The notes below the pieces were generated by a model. That model ran no database searches. It was given only the letters and a program-made list of their open reading frames with translations, and was not told the origin of the DNA. The position numbers and the translations under genes are program-made. 62,000 nucleotides of DNA from contig CM075992.1 of the NCBI GenBank assembly GCA_038087875.1, forward strand, positions 1 through 62,000. Reading direction: 5' to 3'. Positions 21,049 to 32,121 of the stretch are shown here, one piece after another; the first letter of the stretch is position 1; every line of letters begins with the position of its first letter. The stretch comes from Malacoraja senta (taxonomy: Eukaryota).

Positions 21049-21246
21049 TGTAATGAGTGGACTCAAACACACATCAAGATACAACACATGTTTATTAAAT
21101 CTACATCAGCAAGGATCTGCAGTCATCACATCTCCAAGCTGCTACTCATTCTAATTAGTGTACGCAGGCTCTTGATTCTATGAAGCACGTAATAGGCGGA
21201 GTCACTACTAACAAACACTTGGCTAGTATGAAGTACCCAGTCTACA
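21049..21246 (-). repeat. Gypsy 5' LTR
   Basis: TG...CA termini; AATAAA on the minus strand; repeat of 15978-16173. Confidence 0.9.
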
Positions 21247-21254
21247 GTTCTACT

Positions 21255-22150
21255 GCATGGGAACAGGCCCTTTGGCCCAACTTGCCTGCACCGACTAACA
21301 TGCCCCATCAACACCAGTTCCCACCTGCCTGCATTTGGCCCATCTCCCTCCAAACCTGTCCTACCCATGTATCTTCCAAATGTCACTGAAATGTTGTTAT
21401 AGTACCTGCCTCAACTACCTCCTCTGCAGGTTGTTCCTTATATCCGTCATGCTCTGTGTGAAAAAGTTACCCCTCGGGTTCCTATTAAATCTTTTCCCCT
21501 CGCTTTAAACCTATGTCCATTTGTTCTTAATTCCCCTACCATGGGGGTAAAAGACTGTGCATTCACCTCATTTATTGCCTACAAGATTTTATGCATAAGA
21601 TCACCTTTCATCCACCTGAACTCTAAGGAATAAAGTCCCAGCATGCCCAATCTCTCCCTATAGCTCAGGCCCTCAAATCCGGGCAAAATCCTTGAAAATC
21701 TTTTCTGCGCCCTTTCCAGCTTAACAACATCCTTCCTTTAACAGGGTGACCAAAACTGAAAATAATCCTTTAAATGCGGCCTCACTAATGTCTTGTACAA
21801 CTATCATATTATCCGGACTTCTATACTCAACGTCCTGACTGATGAAGAGCAATGAGCAGAAAACTTTCTTGACCGCCCTGTCTACCTGTGACTCCACTTT
21901 CAGGGAACTATCTCCCTGCACTACTCACCCCCTCTGCAATCCCCAGAGCCGTACCATTCACTGTGAAGGTCCCGAACTGGTTTGATTTTCAAAAATGTAA
22001 CACTTTGCACTTATCTATATTTACCCGATCCACTTTAGTGTCAGCTGCAAAATTACTAATTATACCTTTTACATTCTCATCCAAATCATTTATATAGATG
22101 ACAAACAGCAATGGGCCCAGCACTGAACCCTGAGGGATACCACTAGTATG
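21255..22150 (-). mobile_element. Old degenerate CR1 3' portion
   Basis: SLKVESQVDRAVKK, GIPQGSVLGPLLF remnants, CR1 3'UTR. Confidence 0.8.
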
Positions 22151-22380
22151 GCCACAAATTTATTTAGTTAGGGGTTCGTGAATTTGTAGAATTCATCGCC
22201 ACACACGGTGGTGGAGGCCAAGTCATTAGGTATGTTTAAGGGAAGATTGACGCAGTCTTGATTAGTAAAATCATTAAGAGTTAAGGGGAGAAGGCAGGAG
22301 AATGAGATGGAATGATAGATCAGCCATGATTGAATAGACTCGATGGGCCAAAGTTAGTTACAGCTGTAAATACAGACTAT

Positions 22381-22637
22381 CGCAATTTGTGGTCAACACT
22401 CCCACCCAGTGGTCACTGCTGTAATTGCAGGCCGTCTCAAATTTTGGCCAACACTCCCACCCAGTGGTCACTGCTGTAATTGCAGGCCGTCGCAATTTGT
22501 GGCCAACACTCCCACCCAGTGGTTACTGCTGTAATTACAGGCCATCAGAATTTGTTGCCGACACTCCCACCCAGTGGTCACCCACTCTAACTACAGGCCG
22601 TTGTAATTTGTGCCCGACACTGCCACCTAGTGCTATG
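22381..22637 (-). repeat. 55-bp tandem repeat, ~4.5 units, same family as 2439-2660 but inverted
   Basis: Units at 22381, 22436, 22491, 22546 and 22601. Minus-strand unit ACGGCCTGCAATTACAGCAGTGACCACTGGGTGGGAGTGTTGGCCACAAATTGCG. Confidence 0.93.
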
Positions 22638-22766
22638 CGCCCTAAGTACCAGGCAGTGGTCGCCACTCCTCGCAATTCCCTGGTCCCACTCGTCTCGTGT
22701 GTCAGTGCATCTCCATCCCCCCCAATAGTTCACGTTCAAGAGTTCAAGAGACATTTATTAGCACAT

Positions 22767-22997
22767 TGTGGCGGGAACTGGCAGGAGTCCAGCCAAAAAC
22801 TAGTCGGACACAAGTTGTGTGCTCTAGACGTTATTCTTCTGCATACAGCTCCCCACTCCTCAGCTGACATGGGCGTTGCCCGGCCTTAAATAACAACTCG
22901 GATACCGATCTCGTGACTTGCGCCTCCCCCACCAAGACGCCGCCCTCTGGAGCCAATGGTTCGTTGTGACCTTGGGTTGCTATCAGGTGCCGCCACA
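22767..22997. mobile_element. Solo LTR (231 bp), Gypsy-type
   Basis: TGTGGCGG...CCGCCACA termini; 4-bp TSD ACAT (22763-22766, 22998-23001). Sits inside a Rex-like tail. Confidence 0.85.
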
Positions 22998-23032
22998 ACA
23001 TGCACCTATTGGTACAGTGAGATTTGAATTAC

Positions 23033-23225
23033 CATAGAAACATAGAAAATAGGTGCAGGAGTAGGCCATTTGGCCCTTCGAGCCTGCACCGCCATTCAAA
23101 ATGATCATGGCTGATCATCCAACTCAGTATCCTGTACCTGCCTTCTCTCCATACCCCCTGATCCCTTTAGCCCCAAGGGCCACATCTAACTCCCTCTTAA
23201 ATATAGCCAATGAACTGGCCTCAAT
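23033..23225 (-). mobile_element. CR1 3' tail fragment
   Basis: CATAGAAACATAGAAAATAGGTGCAGGAGTAGGCC end, same as 56479ff. Confidence 0.85.
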
Positions 23226-23289
23226 ACAATAGGAACTCGCACATGCTTATGATGAGAGGGGAATATTGTATGAAAACAAGCCCTTCGTC

Positions 23290-23540
23290 CCACTGAGTCC
23301 CTGCTGACCCACTGGCATTATTCTACACACTTGGGACAATTTACAATTATACCAAAGCTGATTGACCTACAAACCTGCATGTCTATGGAGTGTGGGGAGG
23401 AAACCGGAGCACTCGGAGAAAACCCACACCATCACGAGGAGAACGTACAAACTCCTTACAGACAGCACCCGTAGTCAGGATTGAACCCGGGTGTCTGGTG
23501 ATGTGAGGCAGCAACTCTACTGCTGGGCCACTGTGCTGCC
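23290..23540 (-). mobile_element. V-domain SINE (HE1-like)
   Basis: Minus strand: GGGCAGCACAGTGG head, CGGGTTCAATCC B-box, V core. Confidence 0.8.
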
Positions 23541-24187
23541 CTAATGTGTCGAGGAGGGTGATTCTGGGATGCCAGAACTAACTGTTGAGCCCTCCCGGGG
23601 TGTCGTGGGCCGAGATGCCCACTTGATAACCCAAATGATAAACTGGCATCTGCACGCAAAGCTTTGTTGTCCCATAGTTTAACTGTGTAAAGGCATTTTG
23701 GATTCTCATGTGCATTAGGATTGGGTTTCTTGGTTAAACATTTTGCTTGTGTGTTTGTCAACATGTAGATATCTTATTGAATATGAAGATAGTTATTGTC
23801 CTTTGGCATATGTGTGTATTGGTAGATACTACTTTGGCATTCAGCTAGTATTGTTTGGTTGAGCATTTATCTTGGTGGTGTAGCACAATTTTTTAGTTAA
23901 TAGCAGTTGCATGAATGATAGCTACTGCTGTGGAAAGACTGAATTAGAAAACTCTTTGCAACAAGCAGCATTCATGCCCATTTATTTTGCAATAACTTTT
24001 GATGACGAGTTGCTCCAATCAAAAAAATTACTTCGTTCAGGACAGCATCATGAAATATATTAGAAAAATTAGTTTACCAATATATTACTAAATAATTTTT
24101 AGTTAATAGACGTTCTATCAAAATAATTATGGCAAGCAGCATTCATTTTCATATGAACAGATGCAGGGAATTCCTCCTAAATCTTAG

Positions 24188-25300
24188 TCACGGAGTGATA
24201 CAGCACGGAAACAGGCCCTTCGGCCCAACTTGCCCACGACGACCAACATATCCTATCTACACTAGTCCCACATGCCTGCATTTGGCCCAAATCCCTCTAA
24301 ACTTTTCCTATCCATGTACCTGTCTAATTATTTCTTAAACGTTGTTATAGCACCTGCCTCAACTACCGCCTCCGGCAGCTCGTTCCATACACCCATCACT
24401 CTCTGTGTAATCAAGTCACCCCTTACATTCCTATTAAACCTTTCCCCTTGTACCTTAAACCTTCTCTGCAGCATTTGCAGCTGAAAAACATCATTCCTAC
24501 AATAGAGTGACCAGAACTGCACGCAATTCTCCAAATGTGGCCTCACCAACATCGCCTCCCAACTTCTCTACTCAATGTTCCAGCTCCAAGGCCCTTCATC
24601 AGAATAAACTGTCCGCAACAACCTACTTGGTGCAGGAGTGTCTGTCCGTGGTCCACCTCTCGCCACCAGGGGCGGTGTTGTGCGGGGAACCACCCCCGCC
24701 ACCCACACCTGAGGCACACCACCTGTCACAGGCCTCCAGTCCGAAAAACAACCTGCCACCATCACCCTCTGCTTCCTTCCATTAAACCAATCTTCTATAC
24801 ATTCAGCTATCTCTCCTTGGATCCTCATGTACAAAACCATGCTGACTATCCCTAATCAGCCCCTGTTCATCTAAATGTATGTATATCCTATCGCTCAGAA
24901 TACTATCTGGTAACCTTTTGACCACAGATGTTAAGCTCACTGACTTTTCCATGCAGCCCTTTCTTGAATAGAGGCACGATATTTGCCTGTATTTGATGAT
25001 GACTCGTTGATGTCAGCCAGGATTCCTGCTTCCCACAGTGTCCTCAGATATATTTGATCAGGCCTGGGAGATTTGTCTACCTTTATACACATCAGGACCT
25101 TCAGTACCTCCTCGACTGTAATACTGTCTGCTCTCTAGACACTTCCAGTGACTGCCTCAAGTTCCTCGGCCCTCCTGTCTTTCTCAGTAAAAGCAGAGGA
25201 GAAAGATGAATGAAGGATATTGCCCATCCCCTGTGGCTTCATGCAGAGTTGACTGCTTTTATTCCTGAGGGGCCCCACTCTCTCTGGTTACATTTTCCCC
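24188..25300 (-). mobile_element. Old, internally deleted CR1
   Basis: LVRPHLENCVQFWS; GRKQRVMVAGCFSDWRPVTGGVPQ. Confidence 0.8.
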
Positions 25301-25509
25301 CTGATGAACATAAAATCAGGTGAACAAAGAGAAAGATGACTGATCTTTATTGCCTAACCTCACAGTGGGAACATTGATTCCGCTGTGTGGGAATGTTCAT
25401 GTGAAACTCTATTGTGTATTGTGTTTTTTATTTGTATGGCTGTAGCATAACTCAAATCTCACTGTACCAATTGTTGCATGTCACAATAAATGAACATGAA
25501 CTTGAAATC

Positions 25510-26525
25510 TCTGGATTATCCTTGGGATAACCTCTCTCTCAATGTCAGCAAAACTAAAGAGTTGATCGTGGACTACAAGAGACAGCAGGGGAGTGGACAC
25601 CTTCCCATCCACATCGGTGATGCTGCGGTTGAAAGGGTCAGCAGCTTCAAGTTCCTCAGTGTGCACATCACTGAGGACCTCTCCTGGACACTGCACACGG
25701 ACAGAGCCCGCCAGCGGCTCTTTTTCCTGAGAAGACTGAGGAAGTTTGGCATGAACGCCAGCATCCTCACAAACTTATACAGATGCACCATCGAGAGCCT
25801 GCTGATGGGCTAAGGGGGAAATCCTTTAAGACCGAGATGAGGAAAAACTTTTTCACACAGAGAGTGGTGAATCTCTGGAACTCTCTGCCACAGAGGGTAG
25901 TTGAGGCCAGTTCATTGGCTATATTTAAGAGGGAATTAGATGTGGCCCTTGTGGCTAAAGGGGTCAGGGGGTATGGAGAGAAGGCAGGTACGGGATACTG
26001 AGTTGGATGATCAGCCATGATCGTATTGAATGGTGGTGCAGGCTCGAAGGGCCAAATGGCCTACTCCTGCACCTATTTTCTATGTATCTATGTATCTATG
26101 TATCACGGTCTGGTACGGGAATTGTTCTGCTGTTCCACAGCCACAAATCACTATAGACAGTGGTGAAGGCGGCACAGCAACTGGCAACTGTCTCCCGGCC
26201 ATTCAGGACATTTTCCACCAGCGGTGCCTGCGGAAGGCACACTGCATCATCAAGGACCACAGCCACCCAGCACCCAGACTGTTCTCCTTGATACCGTCAG
26301 GCAGACGATACAGGAGCATGGCTGCATGCACCACCAAAGAACAGTTTTTACCATCAGGCCATCAGGCTTCTGAACTCATAAACAAATTAATCAACACATG
26401 ACCTTACTAATGTCATTTTTATCTTATTTTATCCTTGTTATATTATTGCTGACTCGTTGTCTTGTCAAACACATTTCATTGTACCGTTGACCCTGTGTTA
26501 ACCTACATATGACAAATAAAACTGT
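25510..26525 (+). mobile_element. Rex1/Babar-like 3' portion, interrupted by a CR1 3' end (25811-26100)
   Basis: NLSLNVSKTKELIVDY...RQRLFFLRRLRKFG...TIESLL, resuming at ITVWYGN...IIKDHSHPA..PSGRRYRS; AATAAA end. Confidence 0.85.
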
Positions 26526-26559
26526 AATGTGTAATGCTATCTGTCAGAGTTACCGTATC

Positions 26560-27480
26560 CTGTCCCCTTTTTGCTTTTCTGATTTCCAGTTTTAGCTTGC
26601 TCCTTAGGTCCTAAAACACCTCCAGGGATACACTTGATCCCAGCTGCCTGTACCTGTCCCATGCCTCTTTCTTACTCTTGAACAAAGCCTCAATTTCCCT
26701 CGTCATCCAAGCTTCCTTACGTTTGCCTGCCTTTCCATTCACTCTAACGGGGACTTGCAAATCCTGAACTCTTGTCTGCACACTTTAAAAATTATCCCAC
26801 TTCCCTGATGTTCTTTTCCCTTCAAACGACCTACTCCAATCAATTTGAGCACGTTCCAATCTCAGACCCTCAAAGTTGGCCTTGACCCACTTGTGGGCCC
26901 GCTTTGTCCCCATCCATAACTATCTTAAACCTAATAGAACAGTGGTCGTTGATCCCAAAAGGCTCATCCACGAACATTTCATCCACTGGCCCCTCCCCAT
27001 TTCCCAAGACTAGATCAAATGTTGCCCTCTCATGTATCGGGCCCCCTACATTTTGCTGGAGAAATTTTTCCTAAATGCATTTGAAAAATTCCACCCCTTC
27101 TAAACCTTTCACACTGTCATATTCCCAATCAATATGACATTCGCCGGCAGAGATCTAAAAATCGCCTAAGTGGGACAGGCCCATTATTAGACCTGCAGCT
27201 GCTTGCAATCTCCTGCCACATTTGCTCTTCTAATTCCCGTTGACTACTTGGGGGGGGGGGGAGGTCTGTAGTACATATTCCACAAGGTTGCTCCTCAGCT
27301 CCACCCATTTAGCCTCACTAGACAAACTGTCCATAATGTCCCCTCTGACCACTGCTGTGGATCCTCCTTAACCAATAACACACCTCCTCGTTTACACTCA
27401 CCTCTGTCTCTCCAAAAGCACCTGTACCCTGGAACATTGAGCTGCCAGTCCTTCCCCTGCCTTAACCAGGTGTAATGTTT
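26560..27480 (-). mobile_element. Old CR1 endonuclease/linker remnants
   Basis: Degenerate WLRQGKDWQLNVPGY and EPFGINDHC-like segments on the minus strand. Confidence 0.6.
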
Positions 27481-30480
27481 AGATCAGGCACTCTGGGCTG
27501 AAGGTCCCGAATCTTTCTATAACGGATATTAATACACAGTCTGATGAAGGGTCATGACACAAAATATTATCTGTCCATTCCCTCCACAGGTGCTGCTTGA
27601 CTTGCTGAGTTCTTCCAGCCATCTGTTTTCTGCTCATTAACACAAAGCTTCAATATTACTGCTCTGTCAGTCACTGTTCATTATTTAACTAGAGATGGGA
27701 ACTTGTCGAATAGAAGTGGGAAATGACAACTATTTAACTCGTCGTTCAATAACAGCCATCCCCACTCCCCTTCATACTCCTTTCCATTTGAACAAAATAA
27801 GGACTACTTCAAAACATTATGCAAATATTCTCCGGAAGATGCAGTTTATTTTGAACTGAAGTGGGAAAATTACCATGTCAATTAAAGTGATTTAAAAAAG
27901 CACAGCTGCATGTGAAAACTGGTGAATATGAAGGTTTGATTCAGCCCGCAGGATGCCATTAATAAAAGGCTCTATTTGGAGTGAATAAATGAGAATCTAT
28001 CTTTGAAAGGCAGGACGTAGGCCTGTGACAGGCTGTTTCCCCATTAGCCTATTGTAGCCAAACAAAACACGCAGACGACCAGTTAATTGTATTGACCTGG
28101 GTCAAAATGGTATTGTGCTGAGATGGATAAACAATCTTTTGTACAGATGCAGTCAAACTATTACAACCAATTTGCCAGCTCTGTGGAGAACATCGTACAA
28201 GCCTGTAACAGCAAGAAGCTAGAAAGAGAGGTTAATGAAAAGTAACATTACAAGAGTAATCCTTTGGTTACTGACAACATTAATTGAACTAAAGCACTTC
28301 TATATCTAAGTGAAATATAAAGCAAGCCAAAATATACTACTTTATATTTTATTTCTCAGAAGAATCTGAGTTATTCCCATTCTCCATTAATCCAATATTG
28401 TTGTGCTCTGACCTATTCTGACTCGAACTCCAATATTAGTTGGTTTGCTGAGATTCTGGCGACCAGTTTTTGCACCTCCCACATTTGCCCGGTTGGTATC
28501 CGTAATGTATTCATGCATATTCATGTATATGTTAATGAGTTGGTGTTGTATATAAGCGGGGAATGTTGGGTAATAAAACTCTCTTGTGATCCAGGCAACT
28601 TGTGTGTAAGTTGTTATTCATTCTGCCGTCCAGAATATAACAATATCCGTATTATAAACAAGAGGGCGCAGGAAGTGTTCGCAATCTGTAACAAGAGCAT
28701 TGGCCAATCGGGTGCTTATCTTCATCACCCGTATCAGATGTTTTCATGTGTTTTACAGAAGATGGTTGCAAAATGAGCTACTTCTGTGGTGAAACCAATG
28801 ACTGGGTTATCGAGTCGAGGCGTGCATGAGGTGTCGGTATTTCTGTATTATGTAATTACGTCTCTGGGTCAAATGGTAATGATGTAGGTTGAAACGGATT
28901 ATCAGCTGACAGCGAGTTTCCTCCTGAGTGATTTCAATGAAGACTTGGAGGCAATTCAGAAGACATTTATCAGGCAAATTCCTGGGATGAGAGGATTGCA
29001 ATAGTTTCATAAAGCTAAACAGCACTGAAACAGGTCCTTCAGCCCAACTTGTTCCTGCCGATAAAGTTACCTAACTGAGCTGGTCTCCCTTGCCTGTGCC
29101 TGGCCCCGATCTCTCCAAACCTTTCCTATTGTTGAATCTGTCCAAGTCCCTTTTAGATGTCATAATTTTACCTGGCTGTACCACTTCTTCTGGCAGCTCA
29201 TTTCATATACATACCTCCCAATGTGAAAATGTTGTCGCTCATGTCCACTCAAGGTTCTTGTGCACTAGAGATACAAGCCCACCAAGTCCGCACCGACCAG
29301 CTTATACTAGCACAATCCCACACATTAGGGACAATTTACAAAGTTAATTAACCTACAAACCTGTAGTCATCTTTGGAGCCCATGCGGTCACAGGGATACA
29401 GACAGCACTCATAGTCAGGATGGAACCTGGATCTCTGGCTGGGCTGTACGGCAGAAACTCTACCACTGTGCTGCCCTCAGTGCATGCACTACAGAGAAGG
29501 ATTGAGCACAGTTGGTTTCAAAGGTAAGGAGAATGAAAAGCAACCTATTGTAAGAAATGAAATTCCAAGAAACGCTTTTGGAGTAGAAACATAGAAAGAT
29601 AGGTGCAGGAGTAGGCCATTTTGCCCTTCGAGCCATTCAATATGATCATGGCTGATCATCTAAAATCAGTACCCCGTTCCTGCTTTTTCCCCATATCACT
29701 TGATTACTTTAACCCTTAGAGTTAAATCTAACTCTCTCTTGAAATGAGTGCATGGTGTTCTCTTGGTGAATCTGGGACTGGAGGCATTGTTTTAGGATAA
29801 GGGTGCCCAGACTAAAAGGTGGAGAATTCTGTGCTGTGGGGTCATCTGTGCATGTACAATCAAAGCTGAGATCAGATCTTAGACTCCAGAAAAATCAAGG
29901 GTTCTGGAGATGGAGTTGATGTCAAATGTTATGCCAGGCAAGACAAAATAGGTGGAGAAACTCAGTGGGTGCGGCAGCATCTATGGAGCGAAGGAAATAG
30001 GCAACGTTTTGGGCTGAAACCCTTCTTCAGACTGATGTGTGGGGGGGGGGGGGGGGTTGCCAGGCAAAATCTTACTAAATGGCAATGTAGGCTTGATGGT
30101 ATCGTCTATGCTATTCCTATTCCTTGTTTTCTTTAGTTTCACAGAGCCCCAAACAGCAGGTGATTGTGTCATTCCCTGATTGGTCTTTCTAGAGCTTGAT
30201 GCAAACAATTTGGTTGCTGTAATTCCTAATGAGAGTGACTAGGCTTCAAAAGTACATATTGGTGCTTTGAAACATTCAGATCTTGTAAAAGACATCACAT
30301 AACTGAAAATCTTTATCTCTCTATGACAGGAGAGAGATTGTAATCTAAATATTTTTGAACCACTGATGTATTGGAGAGATCTTCTGGCTTAGATACTCTT
30401 TATCGATCATATTATGATCTGTATTTAGACAGTAAACTCGATATTACAAATTCAAATTGTTGATGAGGTACAGTGAATTT

Positions 30481-31655
30481 GGAAATCCGACCACTCACTG
30501 ATTGCATCTAACAAAAGCAAACTCACTGAATGACCACTCTGACGAAACGCCACCTAACCGAAAGACTGTGTCGCCTACAAGCCAACAAACCGAATGCCGC
30601 TCAACAGAAAAGTCAAATAATGGACATGACGTTGCCGGGGGGCGGGACTTGTCAGCAATTGGTCCAGACCCCCGCATCCATCACATCACTGGCCGGTGGA
30701 GAAGGGAGGGTGGGGGTCATTTTCCCACACAAGCCATAGGTGACTGAGCACTCTGAACCCGAGCACCACGTTGTAAGCGGCCGAAGGTGTGCATCCCTCG
30801 GGACAGCCCCCACTCTCCCATGGCCGCCCTCCGCCTCATCTCCCCCACTGTCACGGGCTGTGGGTCGGGTGGAGCAGAGGTGTGGGACAGGCTGGTCCCT
30901 CCTCCCACCCAGGGTCACTGACCACGATGCCAAGGGGGGGGGGGGTGAGTGGGAGGAGATAAAATTGTTCGTTGTTATGCACACTTGTCATCGGCCCGCC
31001 AGGGAATGTGTGTGTGTCCCCATGTTTTAAAAGCGATTACTATGTCCCAAGCCATCTTTCCCCGTGGCCGGGGTGGGGGTGAATCACTCGGTGTGGGTGT
31101 CACGGTCCGGGGGTCGGAGGGGGGGGGGAATCACCCTGGTGTGAGGGTTGAGGTCCGATGGCGGTGCATCGCGGTCAGTGACTCTGGATGGGCGGAGGGA
31201 CCAGCCTGTCCCACACCTCCACTCCACCCGACCCACAGCCCGTCACAGTGCGGCCACTGGGGGAGACGAGGCGGAGGGTGGCCGTGGGAGAGTGGGGGCT
31301 GCCCCGAGGGATGCACACCTTCGGCCGCTTACAACTTGGTGCTCGGGTTCAGAGTGCTCAATCACCTATGGCTTGTGTGGGAAAATGACCCCCACCATCC
31401 GGTCTCCACCAGCCAGTGATGTGATGGATGCAGGGGTCTGGACCAATCGCTGACAAGGCCCGCCCCCCGGCAACGTCATGTCCATTATTTGACTTTTTTG
31501 TTGAGCGGCATTTGGTTCGTTGGCTTGTAGGCAACGCAGCCTTTCGGTTAGTTGGCTTTTAGGCGTCCAGCCCTGTCGGTTAGTTTGCTTTTAGGCGTCC
31601 CACCCTTTCGGTTAGTTGGCATTTGGGCTTCGTTTCCATTCGGTTATTTGGCTTC
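30481..31655. mobile_element. Foldback/MITE-like element with ~380-bp inverted arms
   Basis: 30549-30930 is the reverse complement of 31166-31556 (one 10-bp indel). ~32-bp subterminal repeats TCGGTTAGTT(G/T)GC. No TSD found. Confidence 0.8.
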
Positions 31656-31781
31656 CACTTCTTTGCTTCGGCTTCTCGTCCTTCGACGCCACGTCCGCAC
31701 ACGTCCGCACACCCCCAATGTTCACCACTCTGGCATCGACTCCCAGTCTTGGACCTCGCTTAATCTTAACCCGAACATTTA

Positions 31782-32121
31782 AGGGCCTGTCCCACTGTAC
31801 GAGGTAATTCAAGACTTCTCCCGAGTTTTCCCCGATTCGAACTCGGAGAATGTCCGTAACGGGTCCGTAGGCGTTCGTGGATTTCTCGTAGCGGTACTAG
31901 TAAAAAGTAACCTTTTTTTTTCATCACGAGTTTTTTTACTCGTGGGTATTTTTCAGTGTTGAAAAAACGTCACGAGTTTACCGGATTTCCCAAAATGCTA
32001 CTGTTAGCATTACAAACCGCTACGAGACATCCACGAACTCCTACGGACCCGCTACGGACATTCTCCGAGTTCGAATCGGGGAAAACTCGGGAGAATTACC
32101 TCGTACAGTAGGACAGGCCCT
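31782..32121. mobile_element. PIF/Harbinger-type MITE (340 bp, largely palindromic)
   Basis: TIR AGGGCCTGTCCCACTGTACGAGGTAATT / AATTACCTCGTACAGTAGGACAGGCCCT. TTA TSD at 31779-31781 and 32122-32124. Confidence 0.9.

Larger units (their letters stand above)
15978..21246 (-). mobile_element. Ty3/Gypsy LTR retrotransposon, internally deleted (no gag/protease), with a nested CR1
   Basis: Two ~200-bp LTRs, PBS and PPT. Domains in Gypsy order: RT (LDAKSSFW, TPFGRY, VNDIL), RNase H (CDASQYGLGA, YAQIEKELLA, ETDHQPL), integrase (HRGHPG, TDIFEW, LVDSY, QSNGLVERAV). Confidence 0.93.

Noticed and set aside
24658..24678. Single CTCF-like CGCCACCAGGGGCGG inside an old CR1
   Set aside because: Core is one base short, isolated, and lacks the upstream motif.
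30502..31453. Paired similar ORFs on opposite strands
   Set aside because: Arise from the GC-rich inverted arms; no domain motifs.
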